64,000 nucleotides of DNA from Methanocellales archaeon (GCA_030018435.1 JASEEY010000005.1:38-64037), one strand, 5' to 3'; shown: positions 51,383-62,559, counted from the first letter of the stretch. A program made the numbers and translations. The notes: a model not told the origin generated them from the sequence alone.

Positions 51383-52192
51383 ATAATGGTGTTGTGATTT
51401 TGGTTGAGCCGATTTTCCCAGGATGCCCACCGCATCGGCCCTGCACTGCTTGCAACGGGTTAAAAGCCGCATGTGCTTTTTAACCGCTAACCTGGCCCTG
51501 TCCATTTGCGCACAGGTCGGTCTCCTCTTTCCAGCAAACTCGCCCAAGGGGACCAGCGGCATGACGTTCATGATGTACGCGTATTTAGATGCCCATCGCG
51601 CTATCTTCTCGACCTCACGTTCGTTTATGCCCGGAATTAACACGGTGTTTATTTTTACGGTAATGCCCAGCTCGTGCGCGAGTCTAACGCCCAGTTGCTG
51701 ATTTTCAAGCAGCACATCAAAATCTTTCTTCCGTTGACCGTCAACAGTAATCCACTTGTAGATTTTTCTGGCAGGATTTACGTCCAGAGCATTAATCGTG
51801 ACGGTCAGGAAGTCCAGGCCCATTTCATGAAGCAACCCGACCTTGTCCGGCAGCAGAAGTCCGTTGGTGCTTAAACACGTTTTCAACCTGGGGAAGTGTT
51901 TCTTGACGAGTGTCAGCGTCTCAAACGTTTGGCGATTTGCCAGAGGCTCGCCCGGTCCTGCAACGGCTGCGATCTTGTTGCAGGGCTCTGCCCTGATGGC
52001 GCGTCTCACAACGGAGATTGCCTCTAAAGGGGGTATGACCTTCAGGGTTGCACCTGGCACACCGGACAGTCCATCGGTGCAAACGCCTGCCTCGCAGTAT
52101 CTGCACCTTATATTGCATTGGGGTGCGACCGGCAGATGTATCCTCCCAATGCGATAATGCGCCTCATCATCAAAACAGGGATGCTCTATCAT
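51356..52192 (-). CDS. NifB-family radical SAM protein
   Basis: HPCF..AHYRIGRIHLPVAPQCNIRCRYCE matches the NifB N-terminal radical-SAM signature. Confidence 0.65.
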   Translation of the reverse strand: MIEHPCFDDEAHYRIGRIHLPVAPQCNIRCRYCEAGVCTDGLSGVPGATLKVIPPLEAISVVRRAIRAEPCNKIAAVAGPGEPLANRQTFETLTLVKKHFPRLKTCLSTNGLLLPDKVGLLHEMGLDFLTVTINALDVNPARKIYKWITVDGQRKKDFDVLLENQQLGVRLAHELGITVKINTVLIPGINEREVEKIARWASKYAYIMNVMPLVPLGEFAGKRRPTCAQMDRARLAVKKHMRLLTRCKQCRADAVGILGKSAQPKSQHHYLHNFLCRH

Positions 52193-54607
52193 TCATGCCT
52201 CGCGCAGCATTTCCACTTTGGATTTCTCCTCTGGCGTCATGTATACCCTGACCTTGCTGGGGAATCTGTCTGCCACTTCTGTCAGATGCGTGATCAGTAT
52301 GACTTTGTCGAAGAACGCACCCATGTCAAATAGTTTCTTGACGAAGAGTTCTCTGCTGACCTCTGTGTCCAGAGAGCCTAAATCGCCTTCATCGATGAAC
52401 AGCGTTTTCATCCTTCCGAACGTTCTGCCAACCTGCGGCATGCTCGCAAGTTCCTTTGCAATCGCGAACCTCAATGCAGCGTTGATCTGCGTCTTCTCAC
52501 CACCGCTGAACTCCTGCACGTCATGGAACTCTCCATCCGCACCCCCAACTTCGATGCGCACACCATATCTGTTGTTCTCCTCGTATGGGTTGATCCTGAC
52601 ATTGTTGAAACGCCCGTCCGTTAAATCAGAGAGGTTGGAGGACGCTTCCCTGGCAAGTTGTGGGAGCAATTGCTCTATCGCGTACATCACAATCCCCTTC
52701 TTGTGGAGTATCTTCTCCTTCAGCAGCGTCAGCACCTCGGCGCTCTCCTGCAGGTCTTTAAGAGTGGCTTCAAGCGTCTCTATTTGCTGGGTAATCGCCT
52801 GAAGGTCCTCTATTTCCTTTCCCAGTCGCTTCGCCTCTCCTTCTTTTCCATGAATGGTGGCCTCAATACTCCTCCTCTTTTCCTCCAGCTCCTTCAGCTC
52901 GCGCTCTGTTACGTCATACTGACTTTCAGGTACTTCGAGCGCTTTCAGCGAGTGTTGCAACCGCTCCAATTCCTTTTCCTTTTGCTCCTTTTGACTGGTC
53001 AGATCCTCAATAAGTTTCGAGACATCGCCAATCCCGTCAAGTTCGTTTCTCTTCTGCTCGAGTTCGTCCCTCTTCTGGCGCATGTCCTCTAATTTCCGCT
53101 CTAACTCCCTGAGCTGCGCTTGCTCTGAAACTCCAAATACAATGCGCTCTACTCCGGCCTGAATTTCTCGTATCTTCTCATCGATTTCTCCCAGTCTTAC
53201 GCGATGCGTCTCATCCTCCCTTCTCTTATCATCCTCGATTCTTTTCAGCTGCTCCTGTAGCTCGGAAAGTCTGAAGGAGTCCACATTTATTCTCGCCGTC
53301 TTGGAACAAACGATGTCCAGCTCATTTTTCGAGGATTCTTGCTCCTTGACGAGACTTGCGATGAGTTCGTCTCTGCCCCTCAGCCATTCCATCTCTTTTT
53401 CTATCCTTGTGATGCGCTCGCCAAGTGCGCCCTCTTTTCTGAGGAGCGAGAATGCCTCCCCTGCCCCTATGTCAGTCGTGATTTTGCCGAGTCTTTCCTC
53501 CTGTGCGCTTATCAAGGAGGAGAGACGCTCCAACTCGCGTTGGTACTCATCCGTAACCGTGCGCTTCTGATTTTCGTATATCTGTACCCGCCCCTCCAAC
53601 TCCGTGATTTTGCGCTCCTTCTCCTTCAGCGCATCCCACCTGGATCGCATCGATTCATAGTCCTTTGTCTCCTCGCTCAATTTTGTAATCAATTTCTTTA
53701 TATCCACGGCCTTCTGATTGTCTCCGCGTGCCTTTTCAATCTTTATACCCATTTCCTCCATAGCCCTGGATGTCTCGGATGTCTTGGCCCTTATCTCCAA
53801 AAATTTCTCATGCTTGCCCTTTAAATCCGCCAGCAAACCCCCTTTTTCCGCAATCGCCTTCTCCAACTCATTTAATCTTGCCCTTTCGTCCTCGATCTCT
53901 TTTTTCATCGCAGAAAGTTCTTCTTGCTTCTCTGGGAGTTTTGCCTGCTGCTCCCTTCGCACGGTTAATTCTGACGTCGTACCCTCTATGTCCAATCTGA
54001 TGACATTCAATTTATCTGCCACAACGGTTTGCGCTTTTTCAAAAACCTCCAGCCTGAAGAGTTTCTGAAATATCTCGAGCCTGTCGGCGCCGCTCTGTGC
54101 GCCCAGTTCTTTCATTTCGTCCTGCCTGACGAAAGTCGAGTTTCTGAAACCCACATAATCCAGACCTATGACCTCCTGTATTTTCGCGTCCAACGTCGGA
54201 ATGGCACCGCTAATCGGCAATCCATTCCTTTTGAGGGTTATATAGGAGTTCCCAGAAGAGGTCAGTCCGCGCGTCACCTCATATTGGTCGCGCCCCTGAG
54301 CAAACGTTATCCTGACATAGCCTCCTGGCCGGCATATGTCCTCAATCCTGACATTCGGCAAATCCGTCCTAGAGGTGCGCTTGTATAACGCAAAGGTGAT
54401 TGCATCCAACAAGGATGTCTTGCCCGAGCCCGTTTTACCCACAATCACGGTAAATTTGTGAGGAAAATGAATCGTTGATTTGTCCAGGTACCTCATGAAG
54501 CCCTTGAGCTCGATCTCGCCTATGACAAAACCATCACCGCTTCCAAGAGCCTCGACGGGTGTTTCCCTCACATCCTCAAGGAACGATGTCAGCGTCCTAC
54601 TCTGCAT
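52193..54607 (-). CDS. rad50: Rad50 ATPase, hook-less variant
   Basis: Walker A GKTGSGKTS, long coiled coil, signature FSGGEKT, Walker B/D-loop FIDEGDLGSLD, H-loop ILITH. Only 2 Cys overall and no CxxC hook. Confidence 0.85.
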   Translation of the reverse strand: MQSRTLTSFLEDVRETPVEALGSGDGFVIGEIELKGFMRYLDKSTIHFPHKFTVIVGKTGSGKTSLLDAITFALYKRTSRTDLPNVRIEDICRPGGYVRITFAQGRDQYEVTRGLTSSGNSYITLKRNGLPISGAIPTLDAKIQEVIGLDYVGFRNSTFVRQDEMKELGAQSGADRLEIFQKLFRLEVFEKAQTVVADKLNVIRLDIEGTTSELTVRREQQAKLPEKQEELSAMKKEIEDERARLNELEKAIAEKGGLLADLKGKHEKFLEIRAKTSETSRAMEEMGIKIEKARGDNQKAVDIKKLITKLSEETKDYESMRSRWDALKEKERKITELEGRVQIYENQKRTVTDEYQRELERLSSLISAQEERLGKITTDIGAGEAFSLLRKEGALGERITRIEKEMEWLRGRDELIASLVKEQESSKNELDIVCSKTARINVDSFRLSELQEQLKRIEDDKRREDETHRVRLGEIDEKIREIQAGVERIVFGVSEQAQLRELERKLEDMRQKRDELEQKRNELDGIGDVSKLIEDLTSQKEQKEKELERLQHSLKALEVPESQYDVTERELKELEEKRRSIEATIHGKEGEAKRLGKEIEDLQAITQQIETLEATLKDLQESAEVLTLLKEKILHKKGIVMYAIEQLLPQLAREASSNLSDLTDGRFNNVRINPYEENNRYGVRIEVGGADGEFHDVQEFSGGEKTQINAALRFAIAKELASMPQVGRTFGRMKTLFIDEGDLGSLDTEVSRELFVKKLFDMGAFFDKVILITHLTEVADRFPSKVRVYMTPEEKSKVEMLREA

Positions 54608-55805
54608 GCAACACCTCCTTCAACGCATTCCTACCTTCCTCAAGTAGCTTTTCGCGCTTGGGGTGGCTCTGATAGTTAGAATCGATGAATTTTCTGAGCA
54701 GTTCAAAGGGGTCCATTGTGTAGCTGGCAAAACCAACCTTTTCTCCTGCCTTCTCGGTCCAGTGCACATCATAATTGAATGCGCCTTTCAGCCTTTCAGC
54801 GATCTTATACTCGGCGACCTTGCCCCTCAGCCCTTCATCAATTTCTATCTCTAAACGGACCAACTTTTCCGTCACATCCGGTATGGTATCCAAAATCTTT
54901 TGGGTCGGGTCATCGTTTGCGGTCACTTCCACGTTAATCTTCAGCATGTCTCTTGTAGGCAACTCCACAAATCGCCATTTCTCCTGCTCGAGAGGATTGA
55001 CTACAATAAAACCCTTCTTGTCGTCTTTTTCTCCCCAGTCGATCCTATCGATGGCACCTGTGTATACAATCTCAGTTCCCTGAGCGTGCATCACCTGATG
55101 CAGGTGAATGTGTCCAAAAACCGCAAGGTCCACAGCAGGAACCATATCCTTTCTGAACGAGAACTCGCCTGGCAAGACCTCCGGATATGCGATTCTCTCT
55201 CCCAATCTCGCGCCTTCGATATAGTAATGAGCAAGCAGAAGTTTAAAATCCACGTTTAGCTCATCGGACCTACCGTGAATCCATTGCTTCAAAAATTCCT
55301 GACCCTGGGGGAAAAGTCGCTCTTGTGAGATTTCTCTGCCTGATTCGCCAACCAAGCCTGCGATATCTGCTGGATGCAGGTAGGGAACGATAATGCAGCC
55401 TACGACCTTGTCATCGATCTCAAAATTCTCCACCGCTGGCCGGCGGTACACGCTGACGTGAGGGTAGCCCCTGAAATCGTCGATGGAGGTGCCCCTGTTG
55501 CCGTGGGGCTGGTCGTGATTGCCCGCAAGTATCCAGACCTTGATATTTGCCTTCGCTAACGGCTCGATGACATCCCTTCTGACCAATTCGCGAAAGGTTG
55601 GACTGACATGCGTTCTGTCAAAAAGGTCGCCGAGGATGATGAAGAGTTTTGCATCGTTATTGATGGCAAACTGAGTTGCCCTAGCAAAATTGTCATGGAT
55701 GTCGAAAACCCTCTTTGAAAGACCCGTATCCGGGTCAATCTGGTACCCGAAATTAATGCCCTCGTGAACATCTCCTACGACGATGATTTCGTTCATTGTG
55801 GTCAC
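54597..55805 (-). CDS. mre11: Mre11 nuclease
   Basis: Phosphoesterase motifs GDVHEG, GDLFD, GNHD, GHIH; overlaps the rad50 start. Confidence 0.85.
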   Translation of the reverse strand: MTTMNEIIVVGDVHEGINFGYQIDPDTGLSKRVFDIHDNFARATQFAINNDAKLFIILGDLFDRTHVSPTFRELVRRDVIEPLAKANIKVWILAGNHDQPHGNRGTSIDDFRGYPHVSVYRRPAVENFEIDDKVVGCIIVPYLHPADIAGLVGESGREISQERLFPQGQEFLKQWIHGRSDELNVDFKLLLAHYYIEGARLGERIAYPEVLPGEFSFRKDMVPAVDLAVFGHIHLHQVMHAQGTEIVYTGAIDRIDWGEKDDKKGFIVVNPLEQEKWRFVELPTRDMLKINVEVTANDDPTQKILDTIPDVTEKLVRLEIEIDEGLRGKVAEYKIAERLKGAFNYDVHWTEKAGEKVGFASYTMDPFELLRKFIDSNYQSHPKREKLLEEGRNALKEVLHAE

Positions 55806-55909
55806 TGACTCTTTATATCATCCAGTTAAAAGGTTTGTCGATGTGGAGTGAAACTGATTAAGCGATAACCTTTTTGCCATCTACATCATATCTTGGAGCG
55901 GTGGATAAC

Positions 55910-56140
55910 ATGGTTGTCGGAGTTACGATGATAAACGTCGTTCCAGGGGAGGAGAAGTCAGTCTACAACGAACTGACAAAAATTGGGGATATCAGAGACG
56001 TCTTCCATGTGTTTGGCGAATATGACTTCGTCGTGGTCATGGAAGTTGAAGGTTTGAGCACCCTGAACAAGCTGGTGGACCGGATAAGGGAAGTAAATGG
56101 CGTCACGGCAACCAAGACCATCGTCGGTGCTGAACTTTAA
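55910..56140 (+). CDS. Stand-alone Lrp/AsnC C-terminal (RAM) domain protein
   Basis: 77 aa beta-alpha-beta-beta-alpha-beta-like pattern (VFHVFGEYDFVVVMEVEG). Confidence 0.45.
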   Translation: MVVGVTMINVVPGEEKSVYNELTKIGDIRDVFHVFGEYDFVVVMEVEGLSTLNKLVDRIREVNGVTATKTIVGAEL

Positions 56141-56320
56141 TTTGCGTATTTTAAATACATTTCAGAAGATAGATTTAGATGAGATGCTAAACGCAGTGAT
56201 GCTAAGGTGTAAACTCGGAAAAACAGCAGTAACAGTTAAATAATCGCCCAGCATATCATACATAGGGGTGGGCAGAAACACCTCTTTTTGACTTTATCGG
56301 TCGCATGAAAGGGTGAGTGA

Positions 56321-58192
56321 ATGACGAACTTGATTGCAGAGGAATTAGCAAAGAAGCAAAAAGCAATAAGCGTCGCTGAGTTCTTTGAAAAGAACAAGCA
56401 GATACTCGGATTTGACTCGGCACCGAGATGTCTTATTACATGCGTCAAAGAGGCAGTAGATAATGCATTAGATGCCTGCGAGGATGCTGACGTTCTTCCG
56501 GATACTTTAGTGCAAATTGAGAAAGCAGACAGGAACAACCTTAGAGTCATAGTCGAGGATAATGGTCCTGGAATCGTCAAAGCACAAATACCGAGAATTT
56601 TTGCCAAGTTGCTCTATGGCTCGCGATTTCATGAACTAAGGCAGAGCAGGGGGCAGCAAGGCATCGGCATCTCAGCAGCAGTGCTTTATGCACAGCTGAC
56701 ATCTGGAAAGCCCACCAAGATCACCTCTAAAATCGGGAAAAATCAACCCGCGCATTATTATGAATTGATCATCAATACCAAGACCAACGAGCCAGAGATC
56801 GTAGCCGAAAATGTGGTCGAGTGGGATAGACCGCATGGAACCAGAATCGAGATGGAACTGGAGGGTGCATATGTCAAAGGGCGTCGCCAGTCCGTCTATG
56901 AATACCTCAAGGACACGGCAATCGTGAACCCACATGCACGGATCACGTTAATCGAGCCTGATGACAATGAAGAGGTTTTCGAGCGCGTAGCGGATCAAGT
57001 GCCCACAAAACCGGATGCGATCAGGCCGCATCCAGAGGGGACGGAACTGGGCACTTTGATCAAGATGCTCAGATATACAGACCGCTACAAGTTGATATCC
57101 TTTTTGATGAATGAGTTCGTAAGGATAGGGCGAAAGACGGCTGAAGACCTGTGCAAAGTTGCAAACCTGGACCCAGAGGCAAATCCAAACGACCTGTCAA
57201 GAGACCAAGCATTGCGATTGCTGGAGGCGTTCAAGATCGTCAAGATAACGGCTCCGCCCACTGACTGTCTGTCACCTATAGGTAGGGATTTAATCTATAA
57301 AGGGTTGGAAAAGGAGTACAACGTAGACTTTATCGCAACCACCACGAGACCACCCGCGGTGCATTCTGGTAATCCATTCGTGGTCGAAGCTGGTATTGCA
57401 TATGGCGGCAGCCTGCCAAAAGAGGAGAAAATCACCATACTCAGGTTTGCTAACAGGGTTCCTCTACTATATCAGCAGGGCGGATGTGCCATTACGCATG
57501 CAATCGAGAGGATGAATTGGAGGCAGTACGAACTTGATCAGCCAGGAGGAAATGGAGTTCCGGTTGGTCCTGTAGTGGTGTCTGTCCATGTCGCCTCCAC
57601 GAAGGTCCCGTTTACATCGGAATCCAAGGATGCAATAGCAGATATACCGGAGATAATAGATGAGGTCGAATTAGCGGTCAGGAACGTTGCCAGAGATTTG
57701 AGAAATTACCTCTCGAGGCAGAAGTTACTGGAGAAGCGCAAGGAAAAAGAGGAGATTATCAAAAAGGTTCTGCCAAAAATGGTCACAAAGATATCTTCAA
57801 TTCTCAATAAGAAAGAGCCCGACATCATGCCGATAGTGGCGAACATCATGGGCAATGTCCTCGTCCAGCGAAAAATCACAGGAAAGAACGATAAACGCGA
57901 GATAACGATTAGACTCAAAAACTTTGGTGAACACACGAGAACGTTCAAATTGCATGAACTGTCTAAATATGAGCTCGTGAAGGGTGATCCAGCGGCAAAA
58001 ATTGTGGATATGGATGGCGAGATCGACCAGATATGGAAGATATCGCTTAAGCCAGACGAGGAGAGAACGCTGCAATACGGCATCAAGCATGATGGGGTGC
58101 CGGAATTATCCATGCCCATAGTCGAGGATATAGATGAAGAGCTCGTAACTGGGGCAAGGGCATTAGAGCCAAAAAGGGTTGAGGAAGAATGA
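56321..58192 (+). CDS. top6B: DNA topoisomerase VI subunit B
   Basis: Bergerat/GHKL ATPase motifs ([15 protein letters not shown], GxxGxG) and transducer domain; 623 aa. Confidence 0.9.
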   Translation: MTNLIAEELAKKQKAISVAEFFEKNKQILGFDSAPRCLITCVKEAVDNALDACEDADVLPDTLVQIEKADRNNLRVIVEDNGPGIVKAQIPRIFAKLLYGSRFHELRQSRGQQGIGISAAVLYAQLTSGKPTKITSKIGKNQPAHYYELIINTKTNEPEIVAENVVEWDRPHGTRIEMELEGAYVKGRRQSVYEYLKDTAIVNPHARITLIEPDDNEEVFERVADQVPTKPDAIRPHPEGTELGTLIKMLRYTDRYKLISFLMNEFVRIGRKTAEDLCKVANLDPEANPNDLSRDQALRLLEAFKIVKITAPPTDCLSPIGRDLIYKGLEKEYNVDFIATTTRPPAVHSGNPFVVEAGIAYGGSLPKEEKITILRFANRVPLLYQQGGCAITHAIERMNWRQYELDQPGGNGVPVGPVVVSVHVASTKVPFTSESKDAIADIPEIIDEVELAVRNVARDLRNYLSRQKLLEKRKEKEEIIKKVLPKMVTKISSILNKKEPDIMPIVANIMGNVLVQRKITGKNDKREITIRLKNFGEHTRTFKLHELSKYELVKGDPAAKIVDMDGEIDQIWKISLKPDEERTLQYGIKHDGVPELSMPIVEDIDEELVTGARALEPKRVEEE

Positions 58193-59289
58193 GCGCAGAA
58201 GCGAAAACGGAAGGAAAGGATGAACTGACAAAGAAAAAGCTGATTGACATCATAGGAGAATTTTACGGTCAGCTACAGAGCGAGAGAGTTCCTTACCTCA
58301 ATCTGCCGACCAGAACCAAGGCTAACATTGAATACAATGATGCGTCAGAGGTGTGGGTTTACGGCGACAGAGAGAGTGTGAGGAGTGCAAAAACCGTCAG
58401 GGGGGCATACCAGTTACTCAAAACCTCATATGTAGTGGATTTTCTGAACGCCCAGTTAGATCAGGCAAAATCTTCCACGTTGAGGGAGTTGTACTATATC
58501 TCCGAGAACTGGGACTTGGCAAAGTTTAGGGAACAGCAGGAAAGCGATAGGTTGATAGAAGACCTGGAAATCGTGAGTGAGCTACAAAGGGAGAACTTCC
58601 ATATCAGGCCGGAGGAGGATGGCGCCTCTGTTTTGGGTCCCATCAAGATCAAAGAGCAGACGAGAAGGGGCACAAAGATCATCCATTGCCAAGATGACGT
58701 TGGCGAAGGGGGGTACCAGATACCCAACAACGTCGATAACCTGGAGTTTTTGGAGCACGATGCAAAAATGATCATAGCGATAGAGACTGGTGGTATGAAG
58801 GATAGGCTGATTGAGAACGGCTTTGACGAAAAGTTTAACACGATCATAGTGCACCTGAAGGGTCAGCCGGCCAGAAGCACAAGGCGATTGCTCAAACGGA
58901 TGAACGAAGAGCTGAAGATACCCGTAGTGGTGTTCACCGATGGGGACCCGTGGTCGTATAGGATATTCGCTTCCGTCGCATATGGGGCGATAAAGAGCGC
59001 CCACCTATCAGAATACATGGCGACTCCTGCAGCACAGTTCATCGGCATTCGCCCCTCGGACATAGTCAACTATGAATTACCAACGGATAAGTTGTCTGAC
59101 CAGGACATAAGAGCTTTGCATTCGATGCTCTCTGATCCAAGATTCGAAAGTGAGTTCTGGCAGAGCGAAATCAATCTGCAACTTGAATTAAACAAGAAGA
59201 GCGAGCAACAGTCGTTAGCGAAGTACGGATTGGATTATGTGACGGATACATATCTGCCAGAACGGTTGAGTGAGATGGGTGTCATCTAA
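58189..59289 (+). CDS. top6A: DNA topoisomerase VI subunit A (Spo11 homolog)
   Basis: 366 aa; Toprim region IAIETGG; ATGA overlap with top6B. Confidence 0.9.
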   Translation: MSAEAKTEGKDELTKKKLIDIIGEFYGQLQSERVPYLNLPTRTKANIEYNDASEVWVYGDRESVRSAKTVRGAYQLLKTSYVVDFLNAQLDQAKSSTLRELYYISENWDLAKFREQQESDRLIEDLEIVSELQRENFHIRPEEDGASVLGPIKIKEQTRRGTKIIHCQDDVGEGGYQIPNNVDNLEFLEHDAKMIIAIETGGMKDRLIENGFDEKFNTIIVHLKGQPARSTRRLLKRMNEELKIPVVVFTDGDPWSYRIFASVAYGAIKSAHLSEYMATPAAQFIGIRPSDIVNYELPTDKLSDQDIRALHSMLSDPRFESEFWQSEINLQLELNKKSEQQSLAKYGLDYVTDTYLPERLSEMGVI

Positions 59290-60185
59290 AGTCTCTCGGT
59301 TTTTCTAAACGTGGATACCTCGCGCAGTAGATTGTGCAGTGTAGGGGGCAATTTTCCCTTCAGCATGTAAATGCTCCATGCGTAGTATATGTATGCATAG
59401 ATACCGAGAACGATGTAGAGAGAGCTGAACATGATCTCGCTCGGCAGCAGGATGTCCATGAGGATTGTGACGGTCGGGATTATCAAGATAGGTACAGAGC
59501 CCCAGACCCAGACGCCAACATTATGCCACAGATTATACTCAGTAGTGATGCCAATCCACCATATGAAGAACATCGCCGTCACCACATAGGGCACAAAGCC
59601 CCTGGGATATTGTACCATGAACAGAAATGCTGCGAAGGTGATGTTTATCAGCACGACGATTTTGATGAGAAACAGTATTGGATCAGAAGGATATGTCCCG
59701 CCCCCCAACCTTGAAGACGTTCCTTTGCTAACAGCTCCTCTGCCACCAAACGCGCCAACGCGCTCCTTTAGGTCGTCGATGCTGACGTCGATCGTATTCA
59801 TCTTCTTGGTTGCTTCTTCCAGCCTAGCCTGTACGCTAGCAATCTCCTTGAGTAGCGGCTTCAGCCGCCTGTACACGCCTTCCTCAAATGCGGTGTCAAT
59901 CATGCTCTCGAATAGAAGCGCCTGTTTGACCAAGGAGAAAGCGCCAAGCCCTGCGCCTATTCCAATAAACAAGATGATCGAATTCTTGATGAGCTCCAAC
60001 TTGCTGAATTCATAGGTAAAAACGCGGATGAGTGGGAAAATTGAGATATAAATCAGGAATAACGATGCGCATAGTGCGCAAGCGATGTTCAATTTTTGTA
60101 ATAACGACAAACGCTTCTCTTGCATTGTCACGTGCTCTCTCCACCCGTTATTTAGGGCATTATGTATATCTTTTCTTCGGTGCAT
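59286..60185 (-). CDS. Hypothetical polytopic membrane protein with internal coiled coil
   Basis: ORF hydropathy only. Confidence 0.4.
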   Translation of the reverse strand: MHRRKDIHNALNNGWREHVTMQEKRLSLLQKLNIACALCASLFLIYISIFPLIRVFTYEFSKLELIKNSIILFIGIGAGLGAFSLVKQALLFESMIDTAFEEGVYRRLKPLLKEIASVQARLEEATKKMNTIDVSIDDLKERVGAFGGRGAVSKGTSSRLGGGTYPSDPILFLIKIVVLINITFAAFLFMVQYPRGFVPYVVTAMFFIWWIGITTEYNLWHNVGVWVWGSVPILIIPTVTILMDILLPSEIMFSSLYIVLGIYAYIYYAWSIYMLKGKLPPTLHNLLREVSTFRKTERL

Positions 60186-60981
60186 CTGGATTGCTATGCA
60201 AATAATGATCGGTGCTCACTGAAACAGGGCTAACCTCGGTATGGCTATGACATCCCAGACAAGTCCAGAAGCCCTTGGATATGTACTGTCCATCCGGAGC
60301 GATGTTTCCGCCTGGCTGCCCGAAGGGGTTTCCGTCCATGTACGATGAGCTCTCACTGTTAGCGCTGGTATAAAACGGCACGTGAACATTGTCCTTGCTT
60401 AACAAGTAGCCCACATGTACGACACTTGAAGAAGCATTCGGGAATAGATCTGGATCGTTGTATTGATGCACTGCATTGCCGTGACACCTGTCATCATCAC
60501 AACCCCTCGCGGTCGTGTTCGTGTGCGTTGTGCTCAAACCAAAAAGCGTTGCCTTGTGGCACAGGAAGCACATCTCATCGACGTTGATATATCCATCTCC
60601 ATCGTCGATGCTCACGAGCAACAGTTTTCCATCACTACTTCTCTGCCACTTTTCCTCGGTGGCGTTCCATATCCATACATCGCTGACACCATTACCGTCT
60701 CCATCGTAATTCGTCCATATGGTCGCATTGGTTTTGTCATAATCAATCCCGCCGACCGATAGATAGGTGAGATAGTCGGTGTTGTTTGCAGCCCTCCGAT
60801 GCGCTTCGTAAACATCACCCATGTCAGCGCTCAACTGATCTGCCACATCAATATGGCAGCGCAGGCACCCTACATTGGTTCTGAAGGTATGCTGACCTGC
60901 GAATAAGGAGTAAACTGCCGGTAAAACAAATAAGATGATGGCAATCGCCGCTAGGATTAATAGCACGGTTTTTTGTTTCAC
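60160..60981 (-). CDS. Membrane-anchored c-type cytochrome (3 CxxCH + 1 CX4CH) with two dockerin/EF-hand-like Ca-binding loops
   Basis: CLRCH, CFLCH, CLGCH, CDDDRCH; loops NYDGDGNGVSD and DDGDGYINVDE; N-terminal TM with LFAGQH motif. Confidence 0.7.
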   Translation of the reverse strand: MKQKTVLLILAAIAIILFVLPAVYSLFAGQHTFRTNVGCLRCHIDVADQLSADMGDVYEAHRRAANNTDYLTYLSVGGIDYDKTNATIWTNYDGDGNGVSDVWIWNATEEKWQRSSDGKLLLVSIDDGDGYINVDEMCFLCHKATLFGLSTTHTNTTARGCDDDRCHGNAVHQYNDPDLFPNASSSVVHVGYLLSKDNVHVPFYTSANSESSSYMDGNPFGQPGGNIAPDGQYISKGFWTCLGCHSHTEVSPVSVSTDHYLHSNPDAPKKRYT

Positions 60982-61019
60982 GCTCTCACCGATTATGTTA
61001 ATTTATCTTACTAATTATA

Positions 61020-61754
61020 TTAAACGCTTTTTACCTTAAACTCTTCCAGCGTCATGTAGAGATAAAGCGCAATCATGATGATGAATAGCAGGAGCCCAGA
61101 ACTCTTCACCATCTGCACCAGCGATTTGATGAGTCCATATTCCCCTCCATACTTGGTGACGTAGATTGGATTGGCTGGATCCTCGATGAAGTAATAGCCG
61201 AGATTCTCGATGATGATGGGTTTTTCATTTAGTAGGATTGCCTGACCCTCGATCTCGTTTCTGCGCACAACCCAGGGATCAACTCTGGGATTGGCATCAC
61301 CTTTTGTCCTGTATATCCCATCCTCAATGGAGTAAATCCTGTGCACCACAGGATGCACGACGTATGCAGTCTCAAATTTGATTATGTCGCCCTCCTGGGG
61401 ATTCACGAAAAGGTTCTGCATCAAAACCAAGTCACCCTTGTTGAACGATGGTGCCATACTACCAGAGCCTATAGCAACGAAGTAGATTATGTTCAGGTAA
61501 AGGATGATTCCCAGCAACATCACGATGATGAGCGGAAGCGCAGACGTCACGATGCGCGGCTTTTTGGAAAGTTCCTCATACCTGCGCATGATCATGTTGA
61601 TGCGGTCTTCCCTGCTGCGCTCAATAAATCTATCTGCGATTTTTCCGAGCAGGGCAAATGGGTAGATGGCGCTCCTTCTCTTGATCATATACAGCGTGCA
61701 AAAGATGGCGATTAGAACGCCCATCCAGATGACTAAGCCAATCGTATTGCTCAT
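61020..61754 (-). CDS. Archaeal type I signal peptidase (S26B/Sec11-like)
   Basis: Catalytic-Ser motif AIGSGSMAPS, conserved His/Asp region; two flanking TMs. Confidence 0.75.
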   Translation of the reverse strand: MSNTIGLVIWMGVLIAIFCTLYMIKRRSAIYPFALLGKIADRFIERSREDRINMIMRRYEELSKKPRIVTSALPLIIVMLLGIILYLNIIYFVAIGSGSMAPSFNKGDLVLMQNLFVNPQEGDIIKFETAYVVHPVVHRIYSIEDGIYRTKGDANPRVDPWVVRRNEIEGQAILLNEKPIIIENLGYYFIEDPANPIYVTKYGGEYGLIKSLVQMVKSSGLLLFIIMIALYLYMTLEEFKVKSV

Positions 61755-61868
61755 ACCAACCTCAGATGATCATTGACCCTTCAATAAAAAGGAAGAATAA
61801 ACTAAAAAAAGAAAAAGATGGTGGTCTAAGACCACCATTTTTGTTTTTAGTCAGTAGTCGCAGTTAGC

Positions 61869-62405
61869 TTATGGATAACCGCCACCAGATGTCGTGGTTG
61901 TGTTAGTGCCTTCTGCAGTGAAGTTACCAATAACCCATCCCGTCACTGGATCGTGATCTGCTGTGAACGTCAATGTAGTCGCTCTGATCCATGTGATGTT
62001 CACGCCGGTGTGGGTGTGGCATCCAATGCATGCTTCATTTGCCCCTGTTTCAAGTCCAGATGTCATCGCACCCTGATAGAACTCTGTGTGGGATTCGTTT
62101 GCGTGGAGAAGTTCATCGTCCACCTTGTCATGGCAAGCTACGCACGGCGGTGATATTGAAGCATGTTGGGTTGCATTATCGAAGCCAGCTTTAGGGGTTT
62201 GGTGACAGGCCCCGCACTTAAAATAATAGTGCGGCCCACCCGCAGCCAATTCATCGTATTCTGCACCGTGACACTTGGAACAATCCACATCCTTGGGTCC
62301 TATGAATGCGTGCTGCCCTGCAAACAACGAAAGCACTGATGGCAGTACGAACAGACCGACTGCTAACACTGCTGCTACTAACACAAGCGTTTTGTTTCCT
62401 ACCAT
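61869..62405 (-). CDS. Membrane-anchored tetraheme c-type cytochrome
   Basis: CSKCH, CGACH, CVACH, CIGCH; N-terminal TM plus LFAGQH motif. Confidence 0.75.
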   Translation of the reverse strand: MVGNKTLVLVAAVLAVGLFVLPSVLSLFAGQHAFIGPKDVDCSKCHGAEYDELAAGGPHYYFKCGACHQTPKAGFDNATQHASISPPCVACHDKVDDELLHANESHTEFYQGAMTSGLETGANEACIGCHTHTGVNITWIRATTLTFTADHDPVTGWVIGNFTAEGTNTTTTSGGGYP

Positions 62406-62559
62406 TTTTGTTCTCCCTTTAAATCATTCACAATTCTATACGGACGCCTTGCACTTGGCGTCATGAAATCCTACTTTTAGGATTCCTTGAACGGGATTAT
62501 TTACTTTGTTAATATATAAGTTCTTTGCTATTATTGTTATGCCGTTCAGATGTGATCGT

